NCBI GenBank assembly: GCA_964448685.1
Contig: CAYUWR010000010.1
Coordinates: 65,144-129,143 of the forward strand
Reading direction: 5' to 3'
Length of the DNA stretch: 64,000 nucleotides
From: an uncultured Nitrososphaeria archaeon
Lineage (GTDB): Archaea; Thermoproteota; Nitrososphaeria; JACIWG01
Shown: piece by piece, positions 18,566-28,400 of the stretch
Numbering within the stretch: the first letter of the stretch is position 1
How the letters are laid out: every line of letters starts with the position of its first letter
Notes under the pieces: model-generated
Database searches by the model: none
Seen by the model: only the letters and a program-made list of their open reading frames with translations
What the model was told of the DNA's origin: nothing
Translations under genes and position numbers: made by a program

Positions 18566-20293
18566 CTAACCTTCACCCAAGATTTCTATCTTCTTCTTCC
18601 TGCTAAAAGCGAGTGCTAGAATACAGACTGCCGTTACAATCGCCATGCCGATCAACGCAGATGATGGAACCAAAGTTGGAGCCACAAGAGGACGTTGCTT
18701 AACCGAGACAGGTATGGCATTGATTGTTGAGCCTGTCACCGTCACCTTCGCATTCAGCTCTTCTATCTCCGATTCGGATTGAGATGATATGATGCCTATC
18801 GAGGGGTCATGCTCTAGGACGCCATCTCCAAAATATGGATACAGCAGACATGCCTTAACCTGCTTTCCAGCTGGCCAAAAGAATCCTCTGACATTCAGCT
18901 GCTCAGTAGCCTGCGAGAGAGAACGGGTGTTTGCATAGGTGACGGTAGCATTGGGTAGGAAGCGGAAGAATCCTCCAACCGTCTGGTTCTTTGCCAGAAT
19001 CAAACCAGGCAGTAGCTTCGCATGACCCACTATCTTTGTCTCCTTCAGCTCCACGTCCACATCCTCTACGTCGCCGAGCTTCATCTTGGACTTCCCCTGG
19101 CCCTGGAAGATTTCGAGAGCTTCAACTCTATCCGGTTCCTCCTTATCAGAAAGCTCGACGAGCTCATCAAAAATCCTTGGAGAAGGCTTCACAGCAGTAA
19201 AATGTATAGAAAGGGAAAGATACGGCTTCACAGGGAAGGAGCCTTCATCAGATGTTAAAGTGGCATTCTCATCTCCTACAAACATTTTGTAGAAGGCGCC
19301 AAAGTTCCATTCCCACCTTCGAACTATCAAGTCACTTTTTAGCTCAGCCCTCGTCAAGTTCAAAATGGTGCTACCTAATCTTTCTTCAACCGTTCCGAAA
19401 TACAGACGATTCCTGATTTCGACATTTCCCTCTAGAAAGCTCCATTTAGAGTCTGGGACGTCGATGAGCTTCCAAGAGAATTCAACCCCTATCACCTCGT
19501 CATCCATCTTTATCTCAGTTGGACCGTCAAGCATCCACGTTCCCTTATCAAATGGAAAATAGAATGGATGCAAAGGCCTAAAGCCCCCAGCCGCAAACCT
19601 TTCCACCTTCTCCAGCCTGTCTTTCGCCTTCTTAGAAACATCGCTTGCCAGGTCAGATATTTCCCGCAAGATCTTGTTCAGCTTGGGAAGGTCTCTTGGC
19701 TTGCCCTGATCGCTTGCTTCCGAAAACTCTGCCAACTTTTCAGCAAGAGCCTTGAGTCCGCCGAGGATTTCGTCCTTAACACTTGAATCAGGCCAGCCTC
19801 CGACATCTCTAATGAGAACATTGACATTTTCGGCGACAGAGGTTATATCCTTATTCTTCGAGTCCACAGACAGACCTTTGATAAGTTGAGCTACAGACTG
19901 AATCCTCTCCACCGAAGGCTTCAAGAGATCTCTACCCTGAACCAGGCTGGTGTTCTCAAATATCCTCTTAAGCTGTTCCGAGTAGTCCTTATCATCCTTG
20001 ATCGAGAGCGCATGCTTAAATTGTCCAAATGGAAGCCAAGACTCTTCCAGTCCCTGGTACTTCATCCAATAAACCGTGGAATTGTCGTCTTGACTCCACC
20101 AGAAAAACATTGGCTTTGTATTGTTCGAAGGTATAGATACAGCTATCAGCCCAGAATATATGACCTTCAATCCATCCTTGTCTTTGACACCTGCATGCTG
20201 TTTGGGTGGCGCAGCATAAGCTGCCAGCGGAGAGAAGACTATCAAGATCAACATGAGGATCGAAATACTTCTTCGAGGACGAGCCTTCATCAT
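18566..20293 (-). CDS. secreted / surface-anchored protein of unknown function (signal peptide + C-terminal TM anchor)
   Basis: N-terminus is MMKARPRRSISILMLILIVFSPLAAYAAP (signal peptide). C-terminus is ALIGMAIVTAVCILALAFSRKKK (a single TM helix plus a basic tail). I recognise no family motifs in the roughly 500-aa ectodomain. Confidence 0.6.
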   Translation of the reverse strand: MMKARPRRSISILMLILIVFSPLAAYAAPPKQHAGVKDKDGLKVIYSGLIAVSIPSNNTKPMFFWWSQDDNSTVYWMKYQGLEESWLPFGQFKHALSIKDDKDYSEQLKRIFENTSLVQGRDLLKPSVERIQSVAQLIKGLSVDSKNKDITSVAENVNVLIRDVGGWPDSSVKDEILGGLKALAEKLAEFSEASDQGKPRDLPKLNKILREISDLASDVSKKAKDRLEKVERFAAGGFRPLHPFYFPFDKGTWMLDGPTEIKMDDEVIGVEFSWKLIDVPDSKWSFLEGNVEIRNRLYFGTVEERLGSTILNLTRAELKSDLIVRRWEWNFGAFYKMFVGDENATLTSDEGSFPVKPYLSLSIHFTAVKPSPRIFDELVELSDKEEPDRVEALEIFQGQGKSKMKLGDVEDVDVELKETKIVGHAKLLPGLILAKNQTVGGFFRFLPNATVTYANTRSLSQATEQLNVRGFFWPAGKQVKACLLYPYFGDGVLEHDPSIGIISSQSESEIEELNAKVTVTGSTINAIPVSVKQRPLVAPTLVPSSALIGMAIVTAVCILALAFSRKKKIEILGEG

Positions 20294-20335
20294 CGAACAG
20301 TCTTATGTGAACGAGGACATTATATAATGTTATTT

Positions 20336-20354
20336 TTCTAGAATTCTTCTAGAA
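20336..20354. promoter_or_regulatory. tandem palindromic octamers TTCTAGAA-ttc-TTCTAGAA upstream of the secreted-protein gene; candidate transcription-factor site
   Basis: Read directly from the sequence: ttctagaa at 20336-20343 and again at 20347-20354. A TATA-like ttatataa (about 20319-20328) lies between this element and the ATG at 20293. Confidence 0.35.
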
Positions 20355-20519
20355 TGCCCATAAAGTGACGTAAACAATTCAAGACATAGTCTCAACGTAT
20401 TCGAGGAGTTTAAGCTTGCACGGAAAACGTGGTCGACTTATAGAAGCCAACATCTAATCTTTCATCCGTCAAAAGAGCTTGGGGTTATTGACAAGCGGTC
20501 TAACGGCAGATAGAATGAC

Positions 20520-21878
20520 CTAGACACGACTGATTATCCTCGAAACCATCTTCTGAATTCCAGAACTGTATTGCATGGCCTTCTTTGATTGACGACAGAC
20601 CCTCTCAGATAACCCAAGCCTCTCAGCTAATGCCCTCAAGACAACCTTTCTTTCGCCAGTTGCTCCGTCTACCTTGAATTCTGGGGGCAGAGAGTAGGCT
20701 GCTTCAGCAACCTTCTTATTCAAGAATGGCATTATCGGCTCAGCGAACATCGATATGGAGACATCGTCGCGGGATATCTTATATCCTTGCAGTGCTTCCA
20801 GGTCGCTTTTCAAGTGCGCTTCAAGGGATCCGCTGCCATCGGTTCGAAGAATGTTCAAGTATCTCTGATATCCTCCAAAGAGTTCGTCGGCACCCTGCCC
20901 GGCCACTACATGATTCAACCCAATTCGAGCCGCTTCCTCGGCTACTATATTGAATATTGAAGCTATAGTAAGATCCATGAGGTTAGCCCTTCCAAACATC
21001 TTAAGCAGCCTAGACACCTTCTTTTCAAGAAATGCTTCGTCCACGTAGACCAATAAGTGGTCCAACAATAGAGCTTCGGCGACCTTCTTCGCGTGAATCG
21101 AATCGTATGAGCCTTTAGAGCATACAGTAAACAGAAACGGTTTCACATCAGATGATTGCAGAAGCTTAACGAGTACCGTGGAGTCTAAACCACCAGAAAA
21201 CGCAACCGCAGCCCGCCTAACCTCCTCAAGGTTTCTGGCGACGGAATATTCAAGAGCAGACCGTAGCATCTCCACAGAACCTTCAAGATTCAAGCTTCTA
21301 CAAGGCACATTTACAGTATAGTATTTTTTGGCTAGAACTCTTACAGCCTCAGAGGACTCCACACAAAGTATGGTTCCTGCTGGAACATAATCGTAGTGGA
21401 GACCCAGCAAATTCATTGGATAAGGGTCGCTTGCCAAAATGCAAGCCTCCACTCCTCTCGAGAGGTAAAGCGGCTTAGAGGAAACAGGAGAACGTAAAGC
21501 GACTACAAGGTCTGTGTCAGCAAATGCCATAGAGAAATCGCCGTCAAAATCAAGTGACAAATCTCGGCCAAAACCTTCCACGGCTACAGAATCGCGTAGG
21601 CAGGCTATCGTCGGCAGGCTCCGCTCGACATCGAATATCCTCCCGTGAACCAGCACATTTGAGAAGGAAGGTTCATCGACAGGAAAATAGCATGACAGGA
21701 TTCTGTGTGGTTCAACATCGTCTATGGCATCCTTGAAGGATACACCATCATAGAAGAAGACCTTCGACCTCTTCCGATACATCATGAGGTCGACTATTTT
21801 TCCAGCCAAATCCAATGGTATCCTGGTGCCATAGAATATTAAGTAGCCGTTTGTCCTAGAAAAGATGCGATTACCCAA
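20520..21878 (-). CDS. asparagine synthase-like PP-loop ATPase (AsnB family) lacking the N-terminal Cys nucleophile
   Basis: The PP-loop AVAFSGGLDSTVL is at the expected position and an AsnB-like C-terminal domain is present (GQGADELFGGYQRY). The N-terminus is MGNRIF, not MCG. Confidence 0.7.
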   Translation of the reverse strand: MGNRIFSRTNGYLIFYGTRIPLDLAGKIVDLMMYRKRSKVFFYDGVSFKDAIDDVEPHRILSCYFPVDEPSFSNVLVHGRIFDVERSLPTIACLRDSVAVEGFGRDLSLDFDGDFSMAFADTDLVVALRSPVSSKPLYLSRGVEACILASDPYPMNLLGLHYDYVPAGTILCVESSEAVRVLAKKYYTVNVPCRSLNLEGSVEMLRSALEYSVARNLEEVRRAAVAFSGGLDSTVLVKLLQSSDVKPFLFTVCSKGSYDSIHAKKVAEALLLDHLLVYVDEAFLEKKVSRLLKMFGRANLMDLTIASIFNIVAEEAARIGLNHVVAGQGADELFGGYQRYLNILRTDGSGSLEAHLKSDLEALQGYKISRDDVSISMFAEPIMPFLNKKVAEAAYSLPPEFKVDGATGERKVVLRALAERLGLSERVCRQSKKAMQYSSGIQKMVSRIISRV

Positions 21879-23232
21879 ATTTCTCCTTGATCCTTCTTAA
21901 AGTTCTCGCAATAATTTCTCTTGAGCCTTCCAACCGAGCTTCAGGGTTGAAGATGTCATCAATATCCTTTTCACCTATCATCCTATTGATCCTCGGATCC
22001 GCCAATAGCGCGTCCTTGAATTGCACACCCTGAGATCTGGACCTAGACGATATTTCTCTAAGTATTCTGTGAGCTTCAGAACGTGACATCCCCCTCTTCA
22101 ATAGGACGTCAAGAACAAACTCTGAATAGACTTGGCCCCCTGTGATTTCTATGTTCGCTTTGACGACATCTTCTCTTACAACCCCCTTCGAAAGCACATT
22201 TGTCAAGGTGTCCACGATATCATCGAGAAGGACTGCGGAGATTGGGATTGTGAAGCGCTCGTTCGCGGAATTCGTCAAGTCTCTCTCATGCCACAATGGC
22301 ACGTTCTCCAAGGCTACAGTTGGCATGGAACGCAGAAGCTTAGCTAAACTTGACACCTTCTCGCAGCCTATAGGATTTCTCTTCGACGGCACAGCAGAAC
22401 TACCGATCTGATCCTTAGAGAATTCTTCTTCGAACTCGCTTATCTCTGTCCTAGAAAGGTTCCTGAACTCAGTCGCCACCTTATCACATGTCGAGCCTAC
22501 AAGGGCACACCACCAGATGAACTCTGCATAGTTCTCTCTTGAGACAACCTGTGTCGCAGAGGTTACTGGATAGAGGCCGAGCACAGATGCTGTCCTCTCC
22601 ATCACATCAAGAGCTCTAGCCCCAAGTATAGAACCGCTTCCAACAACCCCCAGCGTCTTACATGCTAGAATTCTAGGCTGGATCTCACATAGCCTGTCCA
22701 CGTGATTCATGAAGTCATCCGCCCAGACAGCGAACTTTTGACCAAAGGAGATGATTGATGCATGCTGGCCATGGGTTCTTCCCACCGCAGGGAGAGAAGA
22801 ATACTTCTCAGCACACTCACCCAACAACGTAATCAATCGCTCAAGCTTCCTTTCAATCAGTTCAATGTAGTCCTTTAGCTGCAGTGACAGGGAGGTGTCC
22901 AGGACATCTTGGCTTGTTAGGCCATAGTGAACCCAAGGCCTACTTTCCTCAGATACGACAGAAACCAGAGCTTCAACGAGGGAGGCGGTCTCATGTCTTG
23001 TAGCCTTCTCGATCTCCTTCCATCTTTCATATGATACAAACTTGGGATCACTCTTCGAAGATATCTCTTTGGCCGCATTCAAGGGTATCAGATTCAATGA
23101 TGCTTCTGCTTCAGCCACCGCTGCCTCCACCTTCAACATATACCGCAGACGTGACCCTTCTGTGAAGATCGCTCTAGCCTCTGCTGAACCATATCTTCCC
23201 GAATCCAGAGGAAGGATAGAGGCATCTGACAT
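21871..23232 (-). CDS. purB: adenylosuccinate lyase
   Basis: The fumarate-lyase signature is GSSAVPSKRNP and the PurB-type N-terminus is PLDSGRYGSAEARAIF. Length 453 aa. Confidence 0.9.
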   Translation of the reverse strand: MSDASILPLDSGRYGSAEARAIFTEGSRLRYMLKVEAAVAEAEASLNLIPLNAAKEISSKSDPKFVSYERWKEIEKATRHETASLVEALVSVVSEESRPWVHYGLTSQDVLDTSLSLQLKDYIELIERKLERLITLLGECAEKYSSLPAVGRTHGQHASIISFGQKFAVWADDFMNHVDRLCEIQPRILACKTLGVVGSGSILGARALDVMERTASVLGLYPVTSATQVVSRENYAEFIWWCALVGSTCDKVATEFRNLSRTEISEFEEEFSKDQIGSSAVPSKRNPIGCEKVSSLAKLLRSMPTVALENVPLWHERDLTNSANERFTIPISAVLLDDIVDTLTNVLSKGVVREDVVKANIEITGGQVYSEFVLDVLLKRGMSRSEAHRILREISSRSRSQGVQFKDALLADPRINRMIGEKDIDDIFNPEARLEGSREIIARTLRRIKEKFG

Positions 23233-23258
23233 ATACTTGTATTCGAGAAGGTAAGGTT

Positions 23259-25439
23259 TTAAGTGTTATGGAGCAGCTGACTCGGCCTCTGCACCTGCTC
23301 CTTGATCTTCTTCGCCACTATGGGACCGAGCTTTGGTATTCTAGCAATGTCAGACTCCCTCGCGTTCCGCAGATCGTCCAAAGTCCTTAGACCTCTTGAG
23401 TATAGAAGGCGCGCCCTAACCCTGCCAACACCTTCAAGCTGGGTGAGCTCTAGGAGCTCGCTCTTAACACCATATCTTATCCGCTTTTCAAGTGCTTCAG
23501 CTGCCTTTTGAAGTGCTCTGACGCCAAAAAGGGATGAGGTCCTAGAGAAGGCGTGTGTCAGCCACTCGATCGATTCAACTTGGCGATAGAGGTCGCCTGG
23601 CTCTATCGAAAACCTTTCATATATCTCGTTTTCGCTTTTTTCGTCTATCCATGCCTTTATCCCCAGATAGCTTCTGCCGACGTCGTCGAACTGCGATGGA
23701 GTAAACAGGTCTCCTATGATCGAGCTGAGGGATGATCTTCCAGCGACCATTTCATCATATACTCTAAAGTCAGTTTTACGTAAAGGAAACTTTGGCTCAA
23801 AGTCTTCAGACAATACCGCTGCCAGTAGCACCAAGTCCTCGTCTAATTCTGAGCCTATTTTATGGGAACGATAGTATTCGAGTACAGTCCTATAGTGTAT
23901 TCCAGTCGATGTAGAAATGTAGAGATACGATATGTTCTTACCAAACTCTGTCGCGACATATCTGCCTCCTTCCTCCTCTACCAAGCCGTTTACCTTCAAG
24001 TATGCGAGGTTCAGTTTAACCTTGGAAGATACAAACTGCGGGCGTCTCTGATATCCTAAGAAGGTGTTCGAGAAGAAGGTGTAGAGCTCCTTCTCTGATA
24101 TAGCCGGGAAACTGACTACAGTTGCCAGAAGATGGTTTCTCAAGATTTCGTTGTCTATCAGCTTCGAGTACAGAGGCTCTGGGGTGCCGTTAACGTAATG
24201 TTCAAAGAACGAGTCTATGTCGTCGAACCGAAGCACCGTTATCGCGTATCCGACACTGTCATACTTGGGTCTACCAGCCCTCCCACAGAACTGCTTATAC
24301 TCTAGGACGCTTATGTCCTCGCTTTGCCCCCATTCACTGTTGTACCTCGAAAGACTATTGATTATAACAGCCCTCGCGGGCAAGTTTACGCCTGCAGCCA
24401 ATGTCGGAGTCGCGCAGAGGATCTTGATCAAGCCTTCTCTGAAAGCCCTCTCGATAATCCTCCGATATGATGGGGGAAGCCCAGCATGGTGGAAGGCTGA
24501 GCCTTTGAGGACACAGTTGGCAAGCCTCCTTCCAACTTCTGTAAGCTCATCGGATGCCACGATCTCCCCATAGACCAGCCTAAGCCTTTCACCTTCTTCT
24601 CTGGTTAAGAGACCTGAGGCGACCTGGGTCGCCTTCTCGGCAAGAGATATCGAATTCCGCCTATTTTCTGCGAATATGAGCACCTGACCACCGTCCTTGA
24701 GCATCAATGAGGCACAGTCGATGGCAGGACCGTAGCTGCTTCTTGCCGTCTCAAGCGTCCGGCCATCACTGAAGACAATTCTGCCAGAACAGTAAGCGCC
24801 TTCGATAAGTTTCACTGGACGCCATCTGTTGTACACCGTTTCAGCCTTCAGCCAAGAGGCTACGTCCCTATGGTTCGAAACCGTAGCACTCAAGGCTATG
24901 ATCTGAGCTTTAACAGGGGAAGACAGAAAACGTGAGACCAGCATTTCGACAACCGGCCCCCTGTCGCCTTCATTGAGGAGGTGAATTTCGTCAAATACTA
25001 TCAGCCCAATCCGCTCTATCCAGCCTGGGTCAAGCCTAAGCATCGAATCAAACTTCTCGTTTGTCAGAATCAGTAGGTCTCTATCCTTTAGGTAATCGCT
25101 TCTCTTATCATAGTCGCCTGTAGATATGGAAAGGGTGGGCTTCGTCCCATCAGGCTTTGTGAGGTTAACAATAGAAGCAAATTCGTCGTATTTCTCGCTG
25201 GCGAGGGCGCGCAATGGTGTCAGGTAGACAACCTTCTTGCCTTCCAAGATTGCTTTCGCCGCACACATTAAGGCGACAAGCGTCTTGCCGCTTGCCGTCG
25301 GCGTCGTGATCAGGACATTCTTTCCTTCGAGAACACCCTTCTTCACGGCTTCTTCTTGGGGAGGATAGAGTGTACGATATCCAAGGTTCTTCAGAAGCTC
25401 CTTGACTTGACTAGGTAACTGTAGCTCGTCAACATCCAT
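23259..25439 (-). CDS. hel308: Ski2-like DNA helicase Hel308
   Basis: Motif I is TPTASGKT and motif II is VFDEIHLL, followed by SAT, ATPTLAAGVNLPA and QFCGRAGR. The C-terminal HhH-like domain is GVGRVRARLLYSRGLRTLDDL. Confidence 0.9.
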   Translation of the reverse strand: MDVDELQLPSQVKELLKNLGYRTLYPPQEEAVKKGVLEGKNVLITTPTASGKTLVALMCAAKAILEGKKVVYLTPLRALASEKYDEFASIVNLTKPDGTKPTLSISTGDYDKRSDYLKDRDLLILTNEKFDSMLRLDPGWIERIGLIVFDEIHLLNEGDRGPVVEMLVSRFLSSPVKAQIIALSATVSNHRDVASWLKAETVYNRWRPVKLIEGAYCSGRIVFSDGRTLETARSSYGPAIDCASLMLKDGGQVLIFAENRRNSISLAEKATQVASGLLTREEGERLRLVYGEIVASDELTEVGRRLANCVLKGSAFHHAGLPPSYRRIIERAFREGLIKILCATPTLAAGVNLPARAVIINSLSRYNSEWGQSEDISVLEYKQFCGRAGRPKYDSVGYAITVLRFDDIDSFFEHYVNGTPEPLYSKLIDNEILRNHLLATVVSFPAISEKELYTFFSNTFLGYQRRPQFVSSKVKLNLAYLKVNGLVEEEGGRYVATEFGKNISYLYISTSTGIHYRTVLEYYRSHKIGSELDEDLVLLAAVLSEDFEPKFPLRKTDFRVYDEMVAGRSSLSSIIGDLFTPSQFDDVGRSYLGIKAWIDEKSENEIYERFSIEPGDLYRQVESIEWLTHAFSRTSSLFGVRALQKAAEALEKRIRYGVKSELLELTQLEGVGRVRARLLYSRGLRTLDDLRNARESDIARIPKLGPIVAKKIKEQVQRPSQLLHNT

Positions 25440-25441
25440 AT

Positions 25442-28400
25442 CTAAGCCCTTCTATAGTATCCTGGCTTAACCATATAGAACACACCCTTCTGCTCAAGCT
25501 GGGAGAACAGAATCTTTGCTTCAACTTCATTGAACTTTCCAGTCTCAACGATAGCCTTCACTAAGGCATTGAGTTCCACAGGCTCATTCGTTGGGCCAGC
25601 AAGCTCCTTGTACTTTTGGAACACAATCTCGAGCTTACTTCTTTCGCTAGCTGGCACACCTGTGATAGTGCCCATGTCTATTTTGCCTGTCTTTCTGTCG
25701 ACAGCTACCGTGTAAAGCATGTTCTTGGTGAGCGTGATCGCTTCAGCCACATCGTCTCTTGTAACCTCGTTTCTGAGCAGAAGCCTCGCCCTAGCCATAG
25801 CTAGCCTAATTAACGACTCCAGCTGCCGAGGCGTCACAGGGATCGCTTGACTTTCTGTCTGAGAACGCATTTCAAGGTAGAAGTCTATGATCATCTTCTC
25901 AGCTTCAGGCGTTATGACAGGATTGATGTTCTTACAGTACAACAGGTACTTTCTAAGGAACTCGATATCCAGCGGAGGCTTCTGCGCGAAGGAGCGTGAC
26001 CGACGGATCGCCATGATGTGGGAGGCTATCTGCTCGTCAACAACTCTTTCAGGCACATCTCTTATGACGAATATCAAGTCGAACCTGGTCAGAAGAGGCG
26101 AAGGGAGGTTTATGTTCTCAGCCAAGTTTTTGTATGGGTCATACTTTCCCAGCAGAGGGTTTGCAGCGGACAAGATCGAGGTTCGAGCGTTCAGTGTGAC
26201 TACGATTCCACCCTTCGCAACGCTTACGGTATTATGAAGCACAAGACCTTCGCTAACGAACGTGTGGTCTGGTTCAATGGTGACATCGTACACCCACTTG
26301 ACACCTTCATTATTTAACATCCTGACATCATCTACCTTAACGAAATAGATTTCTGAGTCGATCAGAGCCCTTAACTTCGCAATCGAAGACCTTACTTCTT
26401 CAATCTTTTCTCTAGTCAACAGCCTGACAGGCGTCGAGGGTACACCACAGCCTTCGGTAGCGTGATCTCTTCCAATACACACGGCCATCTCAGTCAACAC
26501 ACTTCCCTGGGACGAGGCTTCGGCCGCAGACATTCTAGACTCCTTCCCCAACTCGACTATGTTGTCCACTTGGGACATTCCACCTAATGTGAGAACATAT
26601 TCCTCTAACCTGTTAAGACATTCTAAAGCAACCTCTCTCTCCACAGCCAACCTTGAGCTTCTACTGTTTGAAAAGAACCCATCATCAAGTTGACATTCTC
26701 TCAACAACTTCTTTATCTTCGCAGCCAACTCCCAGGGTATCCTGTCTTCATCGTCTAGAGCCCTCTTGCCATGGAGAAATTTCAAATTACCCTTCTTTTC
26801 ACCATATCTCCCTATCAGCTGATGGAAGCGAATCACACTCTTCCTTCCTGAGATCATGACCCTATACGTGGGCATGGGACCATCCTTTCCACATAAGTTA
26901 CGCGACTTGGTTATGTAAGAGCAGATATCTAAGGAAAGCAGCAGGTCACTGTAGTCTCTCGCCAAATCAATAGAGGCTGAAGCATACCCAAACCTATCTG
27001 AATCAAGAGAGCCAGAGCCTCTAAAAGCCCCTAAGAGAAACTGGATCCTGTTCTCCTTAGATGTGCGAAAGAGGCATCTTGGAATCCTTCTTTCGCCAGA
27101 TTTCCCCGTCAGCTCTGGAAAGTTCACTTCAAAGAAGTTGTATAGAGGAAATGAGACAAACTTTTTCATTGACGAATCCTGTCCATCTTTTTCCCGCGCC
27201 GATAACGCTTCGTAGCCTACTCGAGGTTCAACCTTGAAGACCTTTTTTGCTGTCTGAAGTATGTCTTCGAAGACCTCCCCCTCAGCATTGAAGATCAAGA
27301 CCTCCCCAGGCTCATTCCCCTTGGGACGGCGACAGCAGCCTTGAGCTATGATATAACCAAGAAGCCTTGCAAGCGCCCCACTTAATCTTTCAGGCAGAAC
27401 CAAAGACTTTTCGGAAGCGCATAATTTCACCCTAGTCAACAGGACTTCATCATCTTTCATCGGATACTTCGTTGGAGCTGGCGCGAACATCCCCCTTCTA
27501 AGTTGATCGGCACGCACGACAACTATCTCCCCATCTCTTAGAACATAGACCGGGTGCTCAGGAGTAACTTTAATGCATCTTCCATTAGAATAGGTTATTT
27601 CAACGAATTTGCTTGGCGCCTTATGCCTACTCACTCTATGAATGGCGGCTTCACAGACCTTCCTAAAGTCCGTTGTAAGAATCCCAAATTCCCCCAGCCC
27701 AGAGAGAGATAGAATCTCACAGTCTCTTCCTTGGATGACACGTTCCCTATAAAGATCCATGAGCTTGTCCACAAATTCGCCTATTCTAGCCTTCTCTCCA
27801 TTTGAAAAAATTACTTCGGTCTCCGGATGATATGACTGTTGCTCCATAGCCTCGTGTAGAGCCTGCCGGTCGGTGCTACCCATTTTGTCGAATTCGTCTA
27901 TGGCACAGATTCCTTGGTCAGCCAACACAACCGCACCGGCTTCAAGCATCAGCATCCCACTTTTTTCTCGGACAACCGCCGCCGTCAAGCCTGCCGCCGT
28001 AGTACCCTTACCTGACGTGTACAGCCCCCTTGGAGCAAGTTTCGCAGAATACTTGAGAAGCTCACTCTTTGCCGTATTATGTGACACGATTCCATTCGCT
28101 ATGAATTTGTGCTCGCCAGGAACCTCAATGTCATATACGTCAGCTCTTTCGCCTGCCTTAGTGACCTTGACAACCCTCTCCGTCCTCTGCACTCGAGACC
28201 GCCTCAACTTCGGCAAACGGAAAAGCAGCTTATAGAGAGCACACTTCTTTTCTCTTGAAACAAAGCCGATGTCGCGGCTGAACTTGAAGATGTCTTCCCC
28301 TCTACAGATTAGGGTACATCCTATTATCTTGGATTGGATGCCAAAGCGGAGCAGAAGAATCTGAATGTCCCTTAACAATTCGATACCTTTAGACTTGAGG

